Shown: positions 42,101-54,268 of the stretch, piece by piece | Layout: every line of letters begins with the position of its first letter | How positions within the stretch are numbered: position 1 is the first letter of the stretch | Virus record (IMG/VR): IMGVR_UViG_3300022752_000018 | Location: 1-64,000 of that record | Length of the DNA: 64,000 nucleotides | DNA from: a virus | Strand: one strand, 5' to 3' | The notes under the pieces: model-generated | Databases searched by the model: none | The model's input: the letters and a program-made list of their open reading frames with translations, nothing else | Told to the model about the DNA's origin: nothing | Position numbers and translations under genes: made by a program

Positions 42101-45100
42101 TGGTATCACCTGTAATAGCAATAAACGAACTACCATCAAAATGAACTATATCATCAGTAGCGTAAAGTTCACTAGAGCTCCAATCACCTCTCCATACTGG
42201 ACCACGACCTTGAATACCTTGTACACCCTGTACGCCTTGGACACCTTGAACGCCTTGAACGCCTTGGACACCCTGTACTCCTTGTACACCTTGGACTCCT
42301 TGGATTCCTTGGACTCCTTGTAGACCTTGAACGCCTTGGACGCCCTGTACACCTTGAACACCCTGTACACCCTGTACACCTTGAACACCCTGTACACCCT
42401 GTACACCTTGTACACCCTGTACACCCTGTACACCCTGTACACCTTGTACACCCTGTACACCTTGTACGCCCTGTACACCCTGTACACCTTGAACGCCCTG
42501 TACGCCCTGTACACCTTGTACACCTTGTACACCTTGGACGCCCTGTACACCCTGTACACCTTGAACGCCTTGGACGCCCTGTACACCTTGAACACCTTGA
42601 ACACCTTGAACACCTTGAACGCCCTGTACACCCTGTACACCTTGAACGCCTTGAACGCCTTGAACGCCTTGTACTCCTTGGACTCCTTGGACCCCTTGTA
42701 CACCCTGTACACCTTGGACTCCTTGTACACCTTGGACTCCTTGTACTCCTTGTACACCTTGTACACCTTGTACACCTTGTACACCTTGTACACCTTGTAC
42801 ACCTTGTACACCTTGGACACCTTGTACACCCTGTACGCCCTGTACGCCCTGTACGCCCTGTACGCCCTGTACACCTTGTACGCCCTGTACGCCCTGTACA
42901 CCTTGTACGCCCTGTACACCTTGGACTCCTTGGACTCCTTGTACACCCTGTACACCTTGTACACCCTGTACACCCTGTACACCCTGTACACCCTGTACAC
43001 CCTGTACACCCTGTACACCCTGTACACCTTGAACGCCTTGTACACCTTGAACGCCTTGTACACCTTGAACGCCTTGTACACCTTGTACACCCTGTACACC
43101 CTGGACGCCCTGTACACCTTGTACGCCTTGTACACCTTGTACACCCTGTACACCCTGTACACCTTGAGTACCTTGACTGGCTAATCTTTCCCAAAATGTA
43201 TCATTATCTTGTGGACCTGGAATAGTTAATGGATTTTCGGCACCTGGAGTGACACCTTCTACTCCTTTATATTTTACTATCCAACTTGATCCATTGTAGA
43301 AAACAACTTGATTCTGATAATATCTAGTATTGAAATCATACATTCCCATCCAGATAATACCAAATCCCTGTATACCTTGTACACCTTGTACACCTTGTAC
43401 ACCTTGAACACCTTGTACGCCTTGTACACCTTGTACACCTTGTAGGCCTTGTACACCTTGTACACCTTGTACGCCTTGTACGCCTTGTACACCTTGTACA
43501 CCTTGGACACCTTGTACACCTTGTAGGCCTTGTACACCTTGTACGCCTTGTACGCCTTGTACGCCTTGTACGCCTTGTACACCTTGTACACCTTGTACAC
43601 CTTGTACACCTTGTACGCCTTGTACACCTTGAACGCCTTGTACACCTTGTACACCTTGGACGCCTTGAACACCTTGTATACCTTGCCAACCTTGTACACC
43701 TTGAACGCCTTGTACACCTTGTACACCCTGTACACCCTGTACACCTTGAACACCTTGAACGCCTTGTACACCTTGTACACCCTGTACACCTTGGACTCCT
43801 TGTAGACCTTGAACGCCTTGTAAGCCCTGTACACCTTGTACGCCTTGTAGGCCTTGTACACCTTGTACGCCTTGTACACCTTGTAGGCCTTGTAGGCCTT
43901 GTACACCTTGGACACCTTGGACACCTTGGACGCCTTGTACACCTTGAACGCCTTGTACACCTTGAACGCCTTGTACACCTTGTACACCCTGTACTCCTTG
44001 AACGCCTTGTACACCTTGGACACCTTGGACACCTTGTACACCCTGTACACCTTGTACACCCTGTACACCTTGTACACCTTGTACACCTTGTACACCTTGT
44101 ACACCTTGTACACCCTGTACACCCTGTACGCCTTGTACACCTTGTACACCTTGTACACCCTGTACACCTTGAACGCCTTGTACACCTTGAACACCCTGTA
44201 CACCTTGTACGCCTTGTACACCCTGTACACCCTGTACACCCTGTACACCTTGTACACCTTGTACACCTTGTACACCTTGTACGCCTTGGACACCCTGTAC
44301 ACCTTGTACGCCCTGTACACCTTGGACTCCTTGTACACCTTGGACTCCTTGGACTCCTTGGACTCCTTGTACACCTTGTACACCCTGTACACCCTGTACA
44401 CCCTGTACACCCTGTACTCCTTGAACACCCTGTACGCCCTGTACACCTTGTACGCCTTGTACACCCTGAAGACCTTGAATACCTTGAGCAGTCATTCTAT
44501 TCCAGTAAGTATCATTTACTTGACCTGGAGTGAATTCTGGAACTTGGTTTACAAATTGAGTGCCTTGAACATTATACATGTCAAGAGGATAAACTGCTAT
44601 AAAACTATCACCATCATAATAAACTACATCATTTTGTTGATATATAGTTCCTGGAGAATACTCGCCTCTCCAATTAATACTAAAACCTTGTATACCCTGT
44701 ACACCCTGTACACCCTGTACACCTTGTACACCTTGTACACCTTGTACACCTTGTACGCCCTGTACACCCTGTACACCTTGTACTCCTTGTACTCCTTGTA
44801 CTCCTTGTACGCCCTGTACACCCTGTACGCCCTGTACGCCCTGTACACCTTGGACTCCTTGTAGGCCTTGTACACCTTGGACACCCTGTACGCCTTGGAC
44901 GCCTTGGACACCCTGTACGCCTTGTAAGCCCTGTACACCCTGTACACCTTGTACACCCTGTACACCTTGTACACCCTGTACACCTTGAACGCCTTGGACA
45001 CCTTGGACACCTTGTACACCTTGTACGCCTTGAACACCCTGGACGCCCTGTACACCCTGGACGCCCTGTACACCTTGGACACCTTGTACACCTTGTACGC

Positions 45101-48100
45101 CTTGTACACCTTGTACACCCTGAAGACCTTGAACACCTTGTACACCTTGAACGCCTTGTACACCTTGTACACCTTGTACACCTTGTACACCTTGTACACC
45201 TTGTACACCTTGTATACCTTGCCAACCTTGGACACCCTGTACGCCTTGTACACCTTGGACTCCTTGTACGCCCTGTACACCTTGGACTCCTTGTACGCCC
45301 TGTACTCCTTGTACGCCCTGTACACCTTGGACTCCTTGGACTCCTTGTACTCCTTGGACTCCTTGGATACCTTGCCAACCTTGTACACCTTGTACACCTT
45401 GTACACCTTGTACACCTTGTACACCCTGAGCTCCTTGTACACCCTGTACACCTTGTACACCCTGTACACCTTGTACACCTTGTACACCTTGAACGCCTTG
45501 AACACCTTGGACGCCCTGTACACCTTGGACGCCCTGTACACCTTGAACGCCTTGGACACCTTGGACGCCTTGGACACCTTGAACGCCTTGGACACCTTGT
45601 ACGCCTTGTACGCCTTGTACACCTTGGACGCCCTGTACACCCTGTACACCTTGAACGCCTTGTACACCTTGTACACCTTGTACGCCTTGGACACCCTGTA
45701 CACCTTGTACACCCTGTACACCCTGTACACCTTGTACACCTTGTACACCTTGGACACCCTGTACGCCTTGGACACCCTGTACGCCTTGGACACCTTGGAC
45801 ACCTTGGACACCTTGGACACCTTGTACACCTTGTAAACCTTGGATACCTTGACTAGCAATCATAGACCAAACATTTAAATTCAAATCTGGTCTGATACCT
45901 TTATTATTTTCTATAGCAGTATAGGCACTGCCATTATAAAATACAGCATTATTAATAATATAATCAGTTTCTGGATTCCATAACCCTCTCCAAATAAATC
46001 CAACACCCTGAATACCTTGAATACCTTGTACACCCTGTACACCCTGTACACCCTGTACACCCTGTACACCCTGTACACCTTGAACGCCCTGTACACCTTG
46101 GACTCCCTGTACACCTTGTACGCCCTGTACACCCTGTACACCCTGTACACCCTGTACACCCTGTACACCCTGTACACCTTGTACACCTTGTACACCTTGT
46201 ACGCCCTGTACACCTTGTACACCCTGTACACCCTGTACACCCTGTACACCTTGTACACCTTGTACACCTTGTACACCTTGTACGCCCTGTACGCCCTGTA
46301 CACCTTGTACACCTTGTACACCTTGTACACCTTGTACGCCTTGTACACCTTGTACGCCCTGTACACCCTGTACACCCTGTACGCCCTGTACACCCTGTAC
46401 ACCCTGTACGCCCTGTACACCCTGTACACCTTGTACACCCTGTACACCCTGTACACCTTGGACACCTTGTACGCCCTGTACACCTTGGACACCTTGTACG
46501 CCCTGTACACCTTGTACACCCTGTACACCTTGTACTCCTTGTACACCTTGTACACCTTGTAAGCCCTGTACACCCTGTACACCCTGTACACCCTGTACAC
46601 CCTGTACTCCTTGGATACCTTGCCAACCTTGTACACCTTGTACACCTTGTACACCCTGTACACCTTGTACACCTTGTACACCTTGTACACCCTGTACACC
46701 CTGTACACCCTGTACACCCTGTACACCTTGAACGCCTTGAACACCCTGTACACCCTGTACACCCTGAGTACCTTGACTGGCTAATCTCTCCCAAAATGTA
46801 TCATTATCTTGAGGTCCAGGAACTGTCAATGGATTTTCAGCACCAGGAGTAACTCCCTCTACTCCTTTATATTTTACTATCCAACTTGATCCATTATAAA
46901 AAACAACTTCATTTTGATAATATCTAGTATTAAAATCATACATTCCCATCCAGATAATACCAAATCCCTGTATACCCTGAACTCCCTGTACACCTTGGAC
47001 ACCTTGAACGCCTTGAACGCCTTGAACGCCTTGTACACCCTGTACACCCTGTACACCCTGTACACCTTGTACACCCTGTACACCTTGTACGCCCTGTACG
47101 CCCTGTACACCTTGTACACCTTGAACGCCCTGTACACCTTGGACGCCTTGTACACCTTGTACACCCTGTACACCTTGTACCCCTTGTACACCCTGTACGC
47201 CCTGTACGCCCTGTACACCCTGTACACCTTGTACCCCTTGTACACCTTGTACACCTTGTACACCTTGTACGCCCTGTACACCCTGTACACCCTGTACACC
47301 CTGTACTCCTTGTACACCCTGTACACCCTGTACGCCCTGTACACCCTGTACTCCTTGAACACCCTGTACGCCCTGTACACCTTGTACGCCCTGTACGCCT
47401 TGTACGCCTTGTACGCCTTGTACACCTTGTACACCTTGTACACCCTGTACGCCCTGTACGCCCTGTACACCCTGTACACCCTGTACACCTTGTACACCTT
47501 GTACACCTTGTACACCTTGTACACCTTGTACACCTTGTACACCCTGTAAACCTTGAATACCTTGAGTAGCAACTACATCCCAATATACTCTGTAACCAAT
47601 TCTTGGAACTGTATTAGGATCTATTATACCTGGAGTTATACCTGCTGGATCTTTATATACTGCAATATAACTAGAACCATTATAAAAAATTGCTTCATTT
47701 TGATAATATCTTGTGGTAAAACTATAACTCTCTTTCCAAATAATACCAAAACCCTGAATACCCTGTACGCCTTGTACGCCCTGTACACCCTGTACACCTT
47801 GTACACCCTGTACACCTTGAACACCTTGAACGCCCTGTACACCTTGGACCCCTTGTACACCTTGTACACCTTGGACTCCCTGTACGCCTTGGACTCCCTG
47901 TACTCCTTGGACACCTTGTACGCCTTGTACGCCTTGTACACCCTGTACACCCTGTACACCTTGAACGCCTTGTGCTGTACTTTGTTCCCAATAAGCACTT
48001 CCAAAATACGGACGATTACCACGGTTTATTGGAACTGGACCAACGATACTTACCCAACTTGATCCATTATAGTAGACCATGTCGCCTTTGGAATATTCAT

Positions 48101-48884
48101 CAAATTCGTTCCAATATCCTTTCCAAATAATACCACGACCTTGGATACCTTGAGCACCCTGTACACCTTGAAATCCTAAATCACCTTGGATACCTTGACG
48201 ACCCTGTACACCTTGAGGTCCTACTGGTCCAAATCTACCTTGAAAACCTTGAATACCTTGTGGACCTTGAGTGGCCATCAAGTCCCAGTATAAACTTCCA
48301 TCTGCGGGGGGTGGACCACCTTGATTTGGTTTTATAGCGACCCAAATAGATCCATTATAGTAGACTACGTCATTTTCACCATAAGGTTCTGTAAGGCTAT
48401 AGTCACCTTTCCAAATGAAACCTATACCTTGTATACCTTGATTACCTTGGGGTCCTTGACGACCTTGTACACCCTGAGGTCCTATTGGACCTATTGGGCC
48501 AAATGTACCCTGTATACCCTGTGGCCCTTGTAGACCACCGCCACTGATTACACTTATTCTACCAGTTCTAGGGTTACCGTCACCCCAATAAACATTTAAA
48601 TTCCCAGGATCAATAACCTTAATATATGGGCTTCCTGGTTTACCTAAGTCTACACTTTCATTATTATCATCATAAATCTGTACGGTTACATATTGTACAT
48701 TAAGATTATGTTGTACTGACCAAACTTCAGCTGCTACAGTTTGGTGATATACAAAATTTCCACCTACAAAACTAGCTCCTTGAGCACCCTGCACACCTTG
48801 GCTTCCAGGAGCGCCAATCATTATGGCACGCCAGCCATCTTGGACTCCTTGTACACCTTGGAAATATCGTTTTAAGACGCTCAT
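30141..48884 (-). CDS. giant collagen-like fibre protein (6,247 aa): (Gly-Val-Gln)n tracts interrupted by about 26 CBM5/12-like modules
   Basis: One uninterrupted 18.7-kb frame in Gly-X-Y register. Modules follow W(K/R)GxW/Y...Y..ND.V.Y.GSS(Y/W)...P....W. It has an N-terminal W-x-V-x-HNL domain and a short C-terminal helix ([21 protein letters not shown]). Confidence 0.9.
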   Translation of the reverse strand: MSVLKRYFQGVQGVQDGWRAIMIGAPGSQGVQGAQGASFVGGNFVYHQTVAAEVWSVQHNLNVQYVTVQIYDDNNESVDLGKPGSPYIKVIDPGNLNVYWGDGNPRTGRISVISGGGLQGPQGIQGTFGPIGPIGPQGVQGRQGPQGNQGIQGIGFIWKGDYSLTEPYGENDVVYYNGSIWVAIKPNQGGPPPADGSLYWDLMATQGPQGIQGFQGRFGPVGPQGVQGRQGIQGDLGFQGVQGAQGIQGRGIIWKGYWNEFDEYSKGDMVYYNGSSWVSIVGPVPINRGNRPYFGSAYWEQSTAQGVQGVQGVQGVQGVQGVQGVQGVQGVQGVQGVQGVQGVQGVQGVQGVQGVQGVQGVQGVQGVQGVQGVQGIQGFGIIWKESYSFTTRYYQNEAIFYNGSSYIAVYKDPAGITPGIIDPNTVPRIGYRVYWDVVATQGIQGLQGVQGVQGVQGVQGVQGVQGVQGVQGVQGVQGVQGVQGVQGVQGVQGVQGVQGVQGVQGVQGVQGVQGVQGVQGVQGVQGVQGVQGVQGVQGVQGVQGVQGVQGVQGVQGVQGVQGVQGVQGVQGVQGVQGVQGVQGVQGVQGVQGVQGVQGVQGVQGVQGVQGVQGVQGVQGVQGVQGVQGVQGVQGVQGIQGFGIIWMGMYDFNTRYYQNEVVFYNGSSWIVKYKGVEGVTPGAENPLTVPGPQDNDTFWERLASQGTQGVQGVQGVQGVQGVQGVQGVQGVQGVQGVQGVQGVQGVQGVQGVQGWQGIQGVQGVQGVQGVQGVQGLQGVQGVQGVQGVQGVQGVQGVQGVQGVQGVQGVQGVQGVQGVQGVQGVQGVQGVQGVQGVQGVQGVQGVQGVQGVQGVQGVQGVQGVQGVQGVQGVQGVQGVQGVQGVQGVQGVQGVQGVQGVQGVQGVQGVQGVQGVQGVQGVQGVQGVQGVQGVQGVQGVQGVQGVQGVQGVQGVQGIQGIQGVGFIWRGLWNPETDYIINNAVFYNGSAYTAIENNKGIRPDLNLNVWSMIASQGIQGLQGVQGVQGVQGVQGVQGVQGVQGVQGVQGVQGVQGVQGVQGVQGVQGVQGVQGVQGVQGVQGVQGVQGVQGVQGVQGVQGVQGVQGVQGVQGVQGVQGVQGVQGVQGVQGVQGVQGVQGVQGVQGVQGVQGVQGAQGVQGVQGVQGVQGVQGWQGIQGVQGVQGVQGVQGVQGVQGVQGVQGVQGVQGVQGVQGVQGVQGVQGWQGIQGVQGVQGVQGVQGVQGVQGVQGVQGVQGLQGVQGVQGVQGVQGVQGVQGVQGVQGVQGVQGVQGVQGVQGVQGVQGVQGVQGVQGVQGVQGVQGLQGVQGVQGVQGVQGVQGVQGLQGVQGVQGVQGVQGVQGVQGVQGVQGVQGVQGVQGVQGVQGVQGVQGVQGVQGVQGIQGFSINWRGEYSPGTIYQQNDVVYYDGDSFIAVYPLDMYNVQGTQFVNQVPEFTPGQVNDTYWNRMTAQGIQGLQGVQGVQGVQGVQGVQGVQGVQGVQGVQGVQGVQGVQGVQGVQGVQGVQGVQGVQGVQGVQGVQGVQGVQGVQGVQGVQGVQGVQGVQGVQGVQGVQGVQGVQGVQGVQGVQGVQGVQGVQGVQGVQGVQGVQGVQGVQGVQGVQGVQGVQGVQGVQGVQGVQGVQGVQGVQGVQGVQGVQGVQGVQGVQGLQGLQGVQGVQGVQGLQGVQGVQGLQGVQGLQGVQGVQGVQGVQGVQGVQGVQGVQGVQGVQGVQGVQGWQGIQGVQGVQGVQGVQGVQGVQGVQGVQGVQGVQGVQGVQGVQGVQGVQGVQGLQGVQGVQGVQGVQGVQGVQGVQGVQGLQGVQGVQGVQGVQGVQGVQGVQGIQGFGIIWMGMYDFNTRYYQNQVVFYNGSSWIVKYKGVEGVTPGAENPLTIPGPQDNDTFWERLASQGTQGVQGVQGVQGVQGVQGVQGVQGVQGVQGVQGVQGVQGVQGVQGVQGVQGVQGVQGVQGVQGVQGVQGVQGVQGVQGVQGVQGVQGVQGVQGVQGVQGVQGVQGVQGVQGVQGVQGVQGVQGVQGVQGVQGVQGVQGVQGVQGVQGVQGVQGVQGVQGVQGVQGVQGVQGVQGVQGVQGVQGVQGVQGVQGVQGVQGVQGVQGVQGVQGVQGVQGVQGVQGVQGVQGVQGVQGVQGVQGVQGVQGVQGVQGVQGVQGVQGVQGVQGVQGVQGVQGVQGVQGLQGVQGIQGVQGVQGVQGVQGVQGVQGVQGVQGVQGIQGRGPVWRGDWSSSELYATDDIVHFDGSSFIAITGDTNNKFGGLQTIPVLSKAEAGYPIVVNESYWNLIAAQGIQGVQGVQGVQGVQGVQGVQGVQGVQGVQGLQGVQGVQGVQGVQGVQGVQGVQGVQGVQGVQGVQGVQGVQGVQGVQGVQGVQGLQGVQGVQGWQGIQGVQGVQGVQGVQGVQGVQGVQGVQGVQGVQGVQGVQGVQGVQGVQGWQGIQGVQGVQGVQGVQGVQGVQGVQGVQGVQGVQGVQGVQGVQGVQGVQGVQGVQGVQGVQGVQGVQGVQGVQGVQGVQGVQGVQGVQGVQGVQGVQGVQGIQGFGLIWRGMYDFNTRYYQNEVVFYSGSSWIVKYTGVEGVTPGAQNPLTVPGPEYNDTYWELLASQGVQGVQGVQGVQGVQGVQGVQGVQGVQGVQGVQGVQGVQGVQGVQGVQGVQGVQGVQGVQGVQGVQGVQGVQGVQGVQGVQGVQGVQGVQGVQGVQGVQGVQGVQGVQGVQGVQGVQGVQGVQGVQGVQGVQGVQGVQGVQGVQGVQGVQGVQGVQGVQGVQGVQGVQGWQGIQGVQGVQGVQGVQGVQGVQGVQGVQGVQGLQGVQGVQGVQGVQGVQGVQGVQGVQGVQGVQGVQGVQGVQGVQGVQGQQGIQGLGFVWRGEWQSNVTYNQNDAVKWNGSSWASLAGSNTNNEPYEGSAYWDMLSSQGVQGYQGLQGVQGVQGLQGVQGVQGVQGVQGVQGVQGVQGVQGVQGVQGVQGVQGVQGVQGVQGVQGVQGVQGVQGVQGVQGIQGFGIRWRGTYSSSATYQQNDVVYYNGNSYIVIYPITTDPPYGQFSDEEPSYGNPPVINSTYWQILAAQGVQGVQGVQGVQGVQGVQGVQGAQGVQGVQGVQGVQGVQGVQGVQGVQGVQGVQGVQGVQGVQGVQGVQGVQGVQGVQGVQGVQGVQGVQGVQGVQGVQGVQGVQGVQGVQGVQGVQGVQGVQGLQGVQGLQGVQGLQGVQGLQGAQGVQGVQGVQGVQGVQGVQGVQGVQGVQGVQGVQGVQGVQGVQGVQGVQGVQGVQGVQGVQGVQGVQGVQGVQGVQGIQGFGIIWRGMYDFNTTYYQNEVVFYNGSAWIVRYTGGGVPTGNSNSTAVPGPENNDTFWERIASQGLQGVQGVQGVQGVQGVQGVQGVQGVQGVQGVQGVQGVQGVQGVQGVQGVQGVQGVQGVQGVQGVQGVQGVQGVQGVQGVQGVQGVQGVQGVQGQQGIQGGGVTWKGIWDPSVIYNNNDSVAYLGSSYISKVNGNYNNQPDTNPSSWDVLASQGIQGVQGVQGVQGVQGVQGVQGVQGVQGVQGVQGVQGVQGVQGVQGVQGVQGVQGVQGVQGVQGIQGGQGIQGVQGIQGGQGVQGVQGVQGGQGVQGVQGVQGGQGVQGVQGLQGVQGVQGGQGVQGVQGVQGGQGLQGIQGIQGGQGVQGVQGVQGGQGVQGVQGVQGGQGIQGVGLIWRGTYNLSTPYIVNDVVFYNGSSWISTTVHTGIVPGTTADWNMIVSQGLQGVQGLQGVQGVQGVQGVQGGQGVQGVQGVQGVQGVQGVQGVQGGQGVQGVQGVQGGQGVQGVQGIQGVQGFSLVWKGTWNSTTPYSTNDIVFYNGSSWIAIANSTGVVPVVGASWNLLVSQGIQGVQGVQGGQGIQGIQGLQGLQGVQGVQGVQGLQGVQGVQGGQGVQGVQGVQGGQGVQGVQGVQGQQGVQGIQGIQGGQGVQGVQGVQGGQGVQGVQGVQGGQGVQGVQGVQGVQGQQGVQGIQGIQGVQGGQGVQGVQGVQGQQGVQGFQGTKGEGFTFLGDWQPGASYLRNETIFYQGSSYTSTFGDSTYGSGAYFNINNPPGTTITIPDVTKTNTSGVFGCTSTNLYIGEAVIVSGTVPAGISLENPGSPESSPTYFTAGQTVPNVVYYIISADNGPTTSFILGRTQFSVTGIGGIGTGSLTGLIFKTNPWSLIASQGLQGVQGVQGIQGIQGIQGGQGVQGVQGIQGGQGVQGVQGIQGGQGVQGVQGVQGGQGVQGVQGIQGVQGVQGVQGVQGGQGVQGIQGVQGIVGTPGGYTATYAWDNTTTSNPANGTIRINRDWTSTTAGGIVVYVDRYDILGQDRYSFFNAMTAFGTAGSYHGVLTLQPDGSVTRYAATINSITYNSPNSFFTLNCTFIDTQGTAPADGSVLNVAFQPAGQQGIQGIQGGQGVQGVQGIQGRQGVQGVQGVQGGQGVQGVQGVQGGQGVQGVQGVQGGQGVQGVQGVQGGQGVQGVQGVQGGQGVQGIQGVQGRQGVQGVQGIQGVQGVQGVQGGQGVQGVQGVQGGQGVQGVQGVQGVQGFSLVWKGTWLVGTTYFQNDIVFYNGNSYIYTNATPSAGNAPSTGIGQSLVVNTTYWNQMTSQGIQGVQGVQGVQGVQGVQGVQGGQGVQGVQGVQGVQGVQGVQGVQGVQGGQGVQGVQGVQGGQGVQGVQGVQGVQGFSLVWKGTWLAGTTYTQNDIVFYNGNSYIYTNATPSAGNVPSTGIGQSLVVNTTYWNQMTSQGIQGVQGVQGVQGVQGVQGVQGGQGVQGVQGVQGGQGVQGVQGVQGGQGVQGVQGVQGGQGVQGVQGVQGVQGFSLVWKGTWLAGTTYTQNDIVFYNGNSYIYNNAIPSAGNAPSTGIGQSLVVNTAYWNQMTSQGIQGVQGVQGVQGVQGVQGVQGGQGVQGVQGVQGGQGVQGVQGVQGRQGVQGVQGIQGVQGVQGVQGGQGVQGVQGVQGGQGVQGVQGVQGVQGFSLVWKGTWLAGTTYYTNDIVFYNGNSYVFKNVTPTAGQAPSTGVGASLIVNTTYWEQMTSQGIQGVQGVQGGQGVQGVQGVQGVQGQQGIQGSGFKWRGEWSPLNNYAVSDMIIFSGSTYVSLSEYIPNNLTGVQITSNGISFNSTTAPSVGLPVIVQGTNTGGGSLQNYSTLNATLGTVYYVTASTSTTATLSLTKGGGSISNSTGTPTGLTFSVGSYTPQFHTSSNLDATLQRWELTGAQGIQGIQGVQGWQGIQGRQGVQGVQGVQGVQGVQGVQGVQGLGVVWKGTWAGGTPYQLNDMVYYQGSSYICIVTHTSSIGSPPLNANWNLLSVQGIQGVQGVQGVQGGQGVQGVQGVQGGQGVQGVQGVQGRQGVQGVQGVQGGQGVQGVQGVQGVQGVQGVQGVQGFSLVWKGIYSASTTYSQNDLVFYDGNSYIYKNGTPVAGQTPATGQPPIVNSTYWEQMTSQGIQGVQGVQGGQGVQGVQGVQGRQGVQGVQGVQGGQGVQGVQGVQGGQGVQGVQGVQGGQGVQGVQGVQGGQGVQGVQGVQGGQGVQGVQGVQGVQGFSLVWKGTYSASTTYYQNDLVFYDGNSYIYKNGTPVAGQTPATGQPPIVNSTYWNQMTSQGIQGVQGVQGGQGVQGVQGVQGGQGVQGVQGVQGVQGGQGVQGVQGVQGRQGVQGVQGVQGGQGVQGVQGVQGGQGVQGVQGVQGGQGVQGVQGVQGVQGFSLVWKGIYAAGTTYYQNDLVFYDGNSYIYKNGTPVAGQTPATGQPPIVNSTYWDQLTSQGIQGVQGVQGGQGVQGVQGVQGRQGVQGVQGVQGGQGVQGVQGVQGGQGVQGVQGVQGGQGVQGVQGVQGGQGVQGVQGVQGGQGVQGVQGVQGVQGGQGVQGVQGVQGGQGVQGVQGVQGVQGVQGLGVVWKGVWTGSTPYAVNDMVFYQGTSYICITAHTSNVATPPPNANWNQISSQGIQGIQGVQGVQGVQGVQGVQGVQGVQGVQGGQGVQGVQGVQGGQGVQGVQGVQGGQGVQGVQGGQGVQGVQGVQGGQGVQGVQGGQGVQGVQGVQGRQGVQGVQGVQGGQGVQGVQGIQGVQGVQGVQGGQGVQGIQGLQGFQGFQGFTGAQGIQGFQGFTGAQGIQGVQGFQGFQGFQGFQGFTGAQGIQGFQGFTGAQGIQGRQGLQGEKGLQGDTGTQGSTGTTGNTGLQGLPGPQGATGTKGTDGTQGTDGTQGSTGAQGSTGAQGTDGTIGTLSLATFKSVVAASADFADFQVRVAALS
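30400..48000. repeat. 9-bp tandem repeat arrays (CARGGTGTA and variants)
   Basis: Long runs of ACACCTTGT and ACACCCTGT on the plus strand, between the non-repetitive modules. Confidence 0.95.
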
Positions 48885-49145
48885 TGACTTCTATAATACT
48901 CAGCTAAAAAATATTTTTGAATATAACTTTTTGGCCAATGTAATATAGAAGAACTTAGTTTTAAGATTTGTTTGTATGTTTTATTACAAATGCTATAAAC
49001 AACATAAATTACTGGCTGACAGTAAATAATATTCAGAAAAAGTGTTTTTATTAATTTTACATTCAGGTTCAAAGGCGCTTTTTCATAGTCAAAAACTATG
49101 TTTTTTGCCAATTTAACAAATATTTTAATCAAAATCATTGCGTCT

Positions 49146-50570
49146 CTAAGCCTGGAAGATATCCACTATATTTATCGCAGCGAACCATTTAATGATTTTA
49201 TCGGAGTCACCTATATTAATTTTGTCTGGGCCTTTAACTAATATCCTAATTACTCCATTAGGTGTGCCAGTAGGTGTACCATCAGTAGTACCAACTTCTG
49301 CTTTTACAGACCAACTATAATTTAAAATAGTAGCTGCGTCTAAATATTGTTCTGCTATACCAGTACCACTGCCTGGTCCTGTGGCGGTAAACACAGTGCC
49401 CACCTCAAAATCCATATTTGGATTAGATGCTATAGATTCCCAAACTGTGTCACCTTTTTGTTTGATTCTATATATCCCCCCAACAGTAAATGATCCTGCA
49501 TTGGTTGTTAAAATAGTAATAGATGTGGTTGATGAACCTGAAACTTTTTCAGTTAATGTATTTCCAATTATTGATGTAGTCGATGCATTTGCTCCTCTGG
49601 TTGCTAAAAATTCTAGATTCCAACTTGCGCTTTCATTTCCGCCTATTAATTTTGAATTTATTTCTACCTTTACTTTATAAGAATGATTATTTTCTAATTC
49701 AAACCGATTAGTATCTATTAAGGTATCTGAACCGTCTAAAGTCAGTTCCTTCCAAGTTCCGTTGGTAGTAGTTGCGCTGACTAATAATGTAGTTTTACCA
49801 AATCCAGTATTAAATTCTGATAATCCATCATCACTTAAATGTTGTGTAAACCTACTACTTTGTACTCGTGCGTAACCATCTAATTGTGGTTTTAAGATTA
49901 CATCACCGGTTATAGGATCGCCTTCCTGGTCTTTATTAATAGCTCTTATGGTGTTATTAAGAAGTTGTAAATTACCAAACTTACCATCAGCTTGATCACT
50001 AAGACCAACAAACCCTATATATCTATAACCTCTAACATATATTTTATCACCTGCACTTAGATCATCAGGTATAACATTTGAGTTATCGCCATTGTCTAAA
50101 TAATTGGTAAAATTAAGTACCCCTGACATATAGTCAAAATAGTAAGCACCTTTGTCATTAATACCAGCATCAAATATCTTTTTTGTACCCGCGCTGGCAG
50201 GATTACCTATAAAAACTTCAATTAAATATCCAGGTCCAAATTCAGGACTAATCCAATTTTCGTACTTTACTTCACTCCCTGATATTGTTGCTTTAGCTAC
50301 GTAAGTAGGATATATATTATTTATAGGAGTAGTTGTGGTATCGGGCACTAATTCCATCGTTCTATATTCAACTACACTCTGTACTATATTTGGTGAAGCC
50401 GGGGCCTTTATAATACTATTTGCTTGAGTCCAAATTTTGTCGCCGCGCAATAGGCTAGGACTAGGAATAGTTTCGTTACTAGCACCTTTTAAAGTATTGA
50501 AATCAGTTTTAGATAGACCAAATAATTTCTTGTACAGTAAATCTACTTTTTGTTTATCAACTACGGCCAT
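49146..50570 (-). CDS. virion structural / appendage-associated protein (474 aa)
   Basis: Sits in the fibre operon; beta-rich, and carries an AGSFTVGGIY...GTVFTATG.G.GTG module shared with the 54-64 kb giant protein. Confidence 0.7.
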   Translation of the reverse strand: MAVVDKQKVDLLYKKLFGLSKTDFNTLKGASNETIPSPSLLRGDKIWTQANSIIKAPASPNIVQSVVEYRTMELVPDTTTTPINNIYPTYVAKATISGSEVKYENWISPEFGPGYLIEVFIGNPASAGTKKIFDAGINDKGAYYFDYMSGVLNFTNYLDNGDNSNVIPDDLSAGDKIYVRGYRYIGFVGLSDQADGKFGNLQLLNNTIRAINKDQEGDPITGDVILKPQLDGYARVQSSRFTQHLSDDGLSEFNTGFGKTTLLVSATTTNGTWKELTLDGSDTLIDTNRFELENNHSYKVKVEINSKLIGGNESASWNLEFLATRGANASTTSIIGNTLTEKVSGSSTTSITILTTNAGSFTVGGIYRIKQKGDTVWESIASNPNMDFEVGTVFTATGPGSGTGIAEQYLDAATILNYSWSVKAEVGTTDGTPTGTPNGVIRILVKGPDKINIGDSDKIIKWFAAINIVDIFQA

Positions 50571-52711
50571 TAGTTAGTTGCTCCTGATAAACTTAATGCT
50601 CTAACAATATCACTTGTTGTTAATTTTATTCTTATATACACTTCACTAGTGGCAGTATTACTAGTACTCACTGTTCCAAACGTACATATTCTACTTTGAT
50701 CTACATCTTGACCTAATGTAATTATACCACCTTCACTACATCCATTAGATCTATTTCCGCCTGTTCCTGTACCTGGAACACCGCTACCTCCATACGGTAT
50801 GCTCATGTCTAACCATCCATTGAGACCATTATCGGTAGCTATACCATTTCCTGGAACTGCTACCCAAAGACCATGAATAATTCCGTCAATATTAATTTTG
50901 AACTTACTCACAGAACCTCTAATAAATTTAAAGGTAAAATATTGAGGACCACTCCTTCCGCCAGTATTTAGATTTGGTCCAGGTGGTAAAAAATTTGTAT
51001 AATCTGTAATATCATGCTTTAAAACTGCTTGATTACCTTGTCCTACAACCACAGCATCATAATCTTGTAGCGGACTTGTTTGTGAATTAAAAGCCACTGC
51101 GTTGGCTGAAAAACTTGGGTTATCTCCGCTGCCTGGATTTACTATACGATATCCGTTGGCACTGCCACTACCAAATCCGGCAGCAACTTCTAAATTAGTT
51201 TCATCTATAGTATTTGTATTACTTGTTCCAGTTTTGAATAATACACCGCCACTAGGAGTAAAATTCTGTGTGGTTGTACCATAACTATTATCGGCTGTTA
51301 ATGTGACAGGAGCAGTGCTTCTACCAACACCATTTTTTACAGTAACAGTAGTTGATAAAGATAAACTTGAATTATTTAAATAATTCCTTGGTAACGGTAA
51401 ATCACTAAATGCAGGATTATTAGCTTTAGCTGACGCATAGGTCAATGTCACTGGTGTATTAAAAGCCCCACCACCTGTACCAGTTATAAACTCATTGTAT
51501 GTTGGGTACATATTTTTACTTAATTTTGAAATCTTGAAACTTAGTACAAAAGTAGTAGCACTAGAATAATGTGCGATACCACTACTATAACTTAGTGTAG
51601 GTGTTGATTCTGGTTCAAACAATACATCAGAAAATACAGGAGGTTCAGAAGTACTATTATCATAATACCAATAGGCTACACTTGTTTCACCTACAGTAGC
51701 AGGAACAGTTTCTGGAAAAAGATTATTATGCTTTATTTGAACCTTGTTCCAACCTTCCTGTACATTTCCCTGTCCTCTTGAGTCAAATACTTGCCAAAAC
51801 AGAGGACTGATAGATGGAACTGCTACCAAAGCATAATCTTTATCATCTGTTATAACTAAGTCTCCAACAGTTTCATTGTCCTTACCTAGTAGGTATACTG
51901 GACTTAGGTCGTTTTCACTTTCTTTTAATTCAGGTGTCAATGCTTTACTACCAGCAGCAACACCGTTTTTATAAATTGTAACAGTACCTCTATCTCCTGG
52001 GCCACAATCATTTATAGTACTTGTTTGATAGGATGATGTTCTTAACACTTGATTCACTACTGTACCACCAGCAACACTGTTAGTAATAGCATCACCAGTT
52101 CTATCACTTTGTATAAAGTTACACATTCTATAACTAGAAACACCTAAAATTGTAAAAGGCTGAACATTACCATTTTTTAGTTTAGGAAAATTTGGTGGTG
52201 GTTTTGGTACTAACTTTCCTAAAATAACATTCATTTGTGCTATTCCTCTACTTATTGGTGTGGCAGTAGTCATTGCCACTGCTCTAGTAGCTAATTCACC
52301 CTCATCTGGCTGGCCTATTTTCACACCCATGGCAGAATTAAATTTAACCAATCCTGTGGTTGTTAGGTCTCCCACAGTGGTTAGATTAATATCCTCATTT
52401 GCAAATCTTGCGTTTAACCCGCTGTCTGTTACTTCTAAACGATCTGTATGAAAGGCATCTGCCTGCATTTGTCCTGTAGTCTGAAAATCTCCATTTTGAT
52501 CAATCTGTACAGTGTCACTCCAATAGCGTTTGCCATTCTTATCTGTTAATAATATGCGTTTAACATCAGCACTATCCGTAGTTTCAGGAACGCCTAAATC
52601 TGGTTCGGCTTCACTCAGTTTTAGAAAATCATACCTTTGCTCGCTGACATTTGCGGGCTTGACCTTTTTAACACGGCCGCTAAAAAGTTCAACTCTTTGT
52701 TGTGCTGCCAT
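50570..52711 (-). CDS. virion structural protein (713 aa) with an ELFSGRVKKV...LKLSEAEP N-terminal module
   Basis: Long S/T/G-rich ORF, coupled to the next gene. Confidence 0.72.
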   Translation of the reverse strand: MAAQQRVELFSGRVKKVKPANVSEQRYDFLKLSEAEPDLGVPETTDSADVKRILLTDKNGKRYWSDTVQIDQNGDFQTTGQMQADAFHTDRLEVTDSGLNARFANEDINLTTVGDLTTTGLVKFNSAMGVKIGQPDEGELATRAVAMTTATPISRGIAQMNVILGKLVPKPPPNFPKLKNGNVQPFTILGVSSYRMCNFIQSDRTGDAITNSVAGGTVVNQVLRTSSYQTSTINDCGPGDRGTVTIYKNGVAAGSKALTPELKESENDLSPVYLLGKDNETVGDLVITDDKDYALVAVPSISPLFWQVFDSRGQGNVQEGWNKVQIKHNNLFPETVPATVGETSVAYWYYDNSTSEPPVFSDVLFEPESTPTLSYSSGIAHYSSATTFVLSFKISKLSKNMYPTYNEFITGTGGGAFNTPVTLTYASAKANNPAFSDLPLPRNYLNNSSLSLSTTVTVKNGVGRSTAPVTLTADNSYGTTTQNFTPSGGVLFKTGTSNTNTIDETNLEVAAGFGSGSANGYRIVNPGSGDNPSFSANAVAFNSQTSPLQDYDAVVVGQGNQAVLKHDITDYTNFLPPGPNLNTGGRSGPQYFTFKFIRGSVSKFKINIDGIIHGLWVAVPGNGIATDNGLNGWLDMSIPYGGSGVPGTGTGGNRSNGCSEGGIITLGQDVDQSRICTFGTVSTSNTATSEVYIRIKLTTSDIVRALSLSGATN

Positions 52712-52745
52712 TTAAGATCTAGCCCCCTTTCCTGTCGCTACATAT

Positions 52746-52774
52746 AAAAACGGGCCTTGTACAGACCCGTTTTT
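52746..52774 (-). terminator. rho-independent terminator (possibly bidirectional)
   Basis: Minus strand ACGGGTCT-GTACA-AGGCCCGT followed by TTTT, with an A-run on the other side. Confidence 0.7.
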
Positions 52775-52857
52775 GCTCAAGATAATAGATAATAATTCAT
52801 TGCGGATCATTCTAACTCTTTGTTCAAAAAGTCTTTACAGACTATTTATAATTTTGG

Positions 52858-53868
52858 TTAAAACCTACCGCAATCTATTATATTACTAAAATAAGGTCTA
52901 CCCCCTAAATCGCTCTGTAATAAACTACCATTAGCCAATGCTGGATTGGTTACGCCTACTGGGTCGTCACCGTTACCAAATAATATACCACCTTCTTGTA
53001 GTTCTACTCGGCCAGTTCCACCATACCCAACATCAATAACATCAGCACGCCATGTACCTTGTGTAATAGCACTTTCAATAATCACTGTACCACTACCACC
53101 TGGAGCTATACGTAAATTAACATCTGTTGGTGTAAAAATATTCTGTGTGCTCAAGTTTGGAACTTCAAAAGCACCCTCACTTGTACCACTATCACCAATG
53201 AAGATTTCATTTTCGTTACGACCACTTGGGATAAATGTAAAAGTACGTGTGCTAGCCTTGAATCCAAAGAAACCTAATTTAGCTGCACCTCGTCCTTCAT
53301 CAGCCAATGGATCCCACCAACGGAATTCAATACCACGATCTGTTTGGCCATTCAGTTCACTAACAAGATCTTCATTATCACCACCAATAGTAATAATTGG
53401 ATCATCAATTGTGGTTTGTACTGTATTAACTTCTACAGTTGTACCATTGACAAACAAGTTACTATTAATAATCATGTTATCATTAGCGTCAAGAGCAATC
53501 TTATTACTCCATGTTCTATTACCCCATTTGTCAGATACTAGCATAGCTCTTAAAGTACTGTCAGCTGGTGCTTGACTAACATCAACACCGTTTACTTTAA
53601 TAGTTGGATAAAGTACATTTTCGATGCCGACTTGTATAGCTGGGTCTGCATCAGTAGCTATATTTGTTTCAGGGTTGACACTACGCCATGGTACAAATAA
53701 GTTTGGTTCTGCTTCACTTAATTTTAAGTAACCATTTTCCTGTTTCTGTCCTGGTGTTCGTACCTCATACCTACTCTTACCAGTACCATAACCTTTGGTC
53801 ATGATATCGCGAGCTGCGACTTTCTTTACACGACCACTAAATAATTCAACTTTTGGTTGAGCTGCCAT
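52858..53868 (-). CDS. virion structural / fibre-like protein (336 aa) with the same N-terminal module
   Basis: MAAQPKVELFSGRVKKV...LKLSEAEP, followed by TIDDPIITIGG...DRGIEF.W and IDVGYGGTG fibre motifs. Confidence 0.72.
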   Translation of the reverse strand: MAAQPKVELFSGRVKKVAARDIMTKGYGTGKSRYEVRTPGQKQENGYLKLSEAEPNLFVPWRSVNPETNIATDADPAIQVGIENVLYPTIKVNGVDVSQAPADSTLRAMLVSDKWGNRTWSNKIALDANDNMIINSNLFVNGTTVEVNTVQTTIDDPIITIGGDNEDLVSELNGQTDRGIEFRWWDPLADEGRGAAKLGFFGFKASTRTFTFIPSGRNENEIFIGDSGTSEGAFEVPNLSTQNIFTPTDVNLRIAPGGSGTVIIESAITQGTWRADVIDVGYGGTGRVELQEGGILFGNGDDPVGVTNPALANGSLLQSDLGGRPYFSNIIDCGRF

Positions 53869-53906
53869 TTTTATCTATCCTTATCTTGATATTACTAATA
53901 CTAATA

Positions 53907-54245
53907 TTAATCGTTAGCTGATTCTAGAATACTTAGTGTAACTTTTAATTGTCCATTTTGACTAGCTTGAACACGTAGACTATCACCAGATTCTAAAACT
54001 AACTTTCCTGCAACGAAACTAATAGCATCGCTGTTAGGAATTTCAAAATCATTAACTAATTCACTTGATACAACACCGCGTACATGCCATGCTGTGAAAG
54101 CTGCACTGGTTGAATCAGTAATATTTGTGACCTGCGTACCAAGAATAATACCTGTTACACCTGCTGGTGTTGTGTAGATATTTGTTGGGCTTGCTGTTAC
54201 GCTTGCTGTCACTGTTTTAAACGCATTTAAGGGTACTGTTGCCAT
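53907..54245 (-). CDS. small beta-rich virion protein (112 aa)
   Basis: AAGGA RBS; IYTTPAG...ILGTQVTN...LVLESGDSLRV...LSILE pattern. Confidence 0.7.
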   Translation of the reverse strand: MATVPLNAFKTVTASVTASPTNIYTTPAGVTGIILGTQVTNITDSTSAAFTAWHVRGVVSSELVNDFEIPNSDAISFVAGKLVLESGDSLRVQASQNGQLKVTLSILESAND

Positions 54246-54268
54246 GTTTTAATCCTTTTTATTAATAT

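Noticed and set aside
30400-48000. Possible CRISPR array or satellite-like non-coding repeat
   Set aside because: The 9-bp units are contiguous with no unique spacers, vary at synonymous positions and keep one reading frame, so they are coding. No cas genes are present.
30194-48062. Dozens of long overlapping ORFs ([24 protein letters not shown]) on both strands
   Set aside because: They are alternative-frame read-outs of the 9-bp GVQ repeat, which lacks stops in several frames; they have no RBS or independent features.
30141-48884. Higher GC content suggesting a horizontally acquired island
   Set aside because: The shift is explained by Gly/Val/Gln codons; the non-repeat modules inside the gene are AT-rich like the rest of the genome.
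48881-49138. 85-aa ORF upstream of the collagen gene
   Set aside because: AT-rich intergenic-like composition, no clear RBS and no motif; probably spurious.
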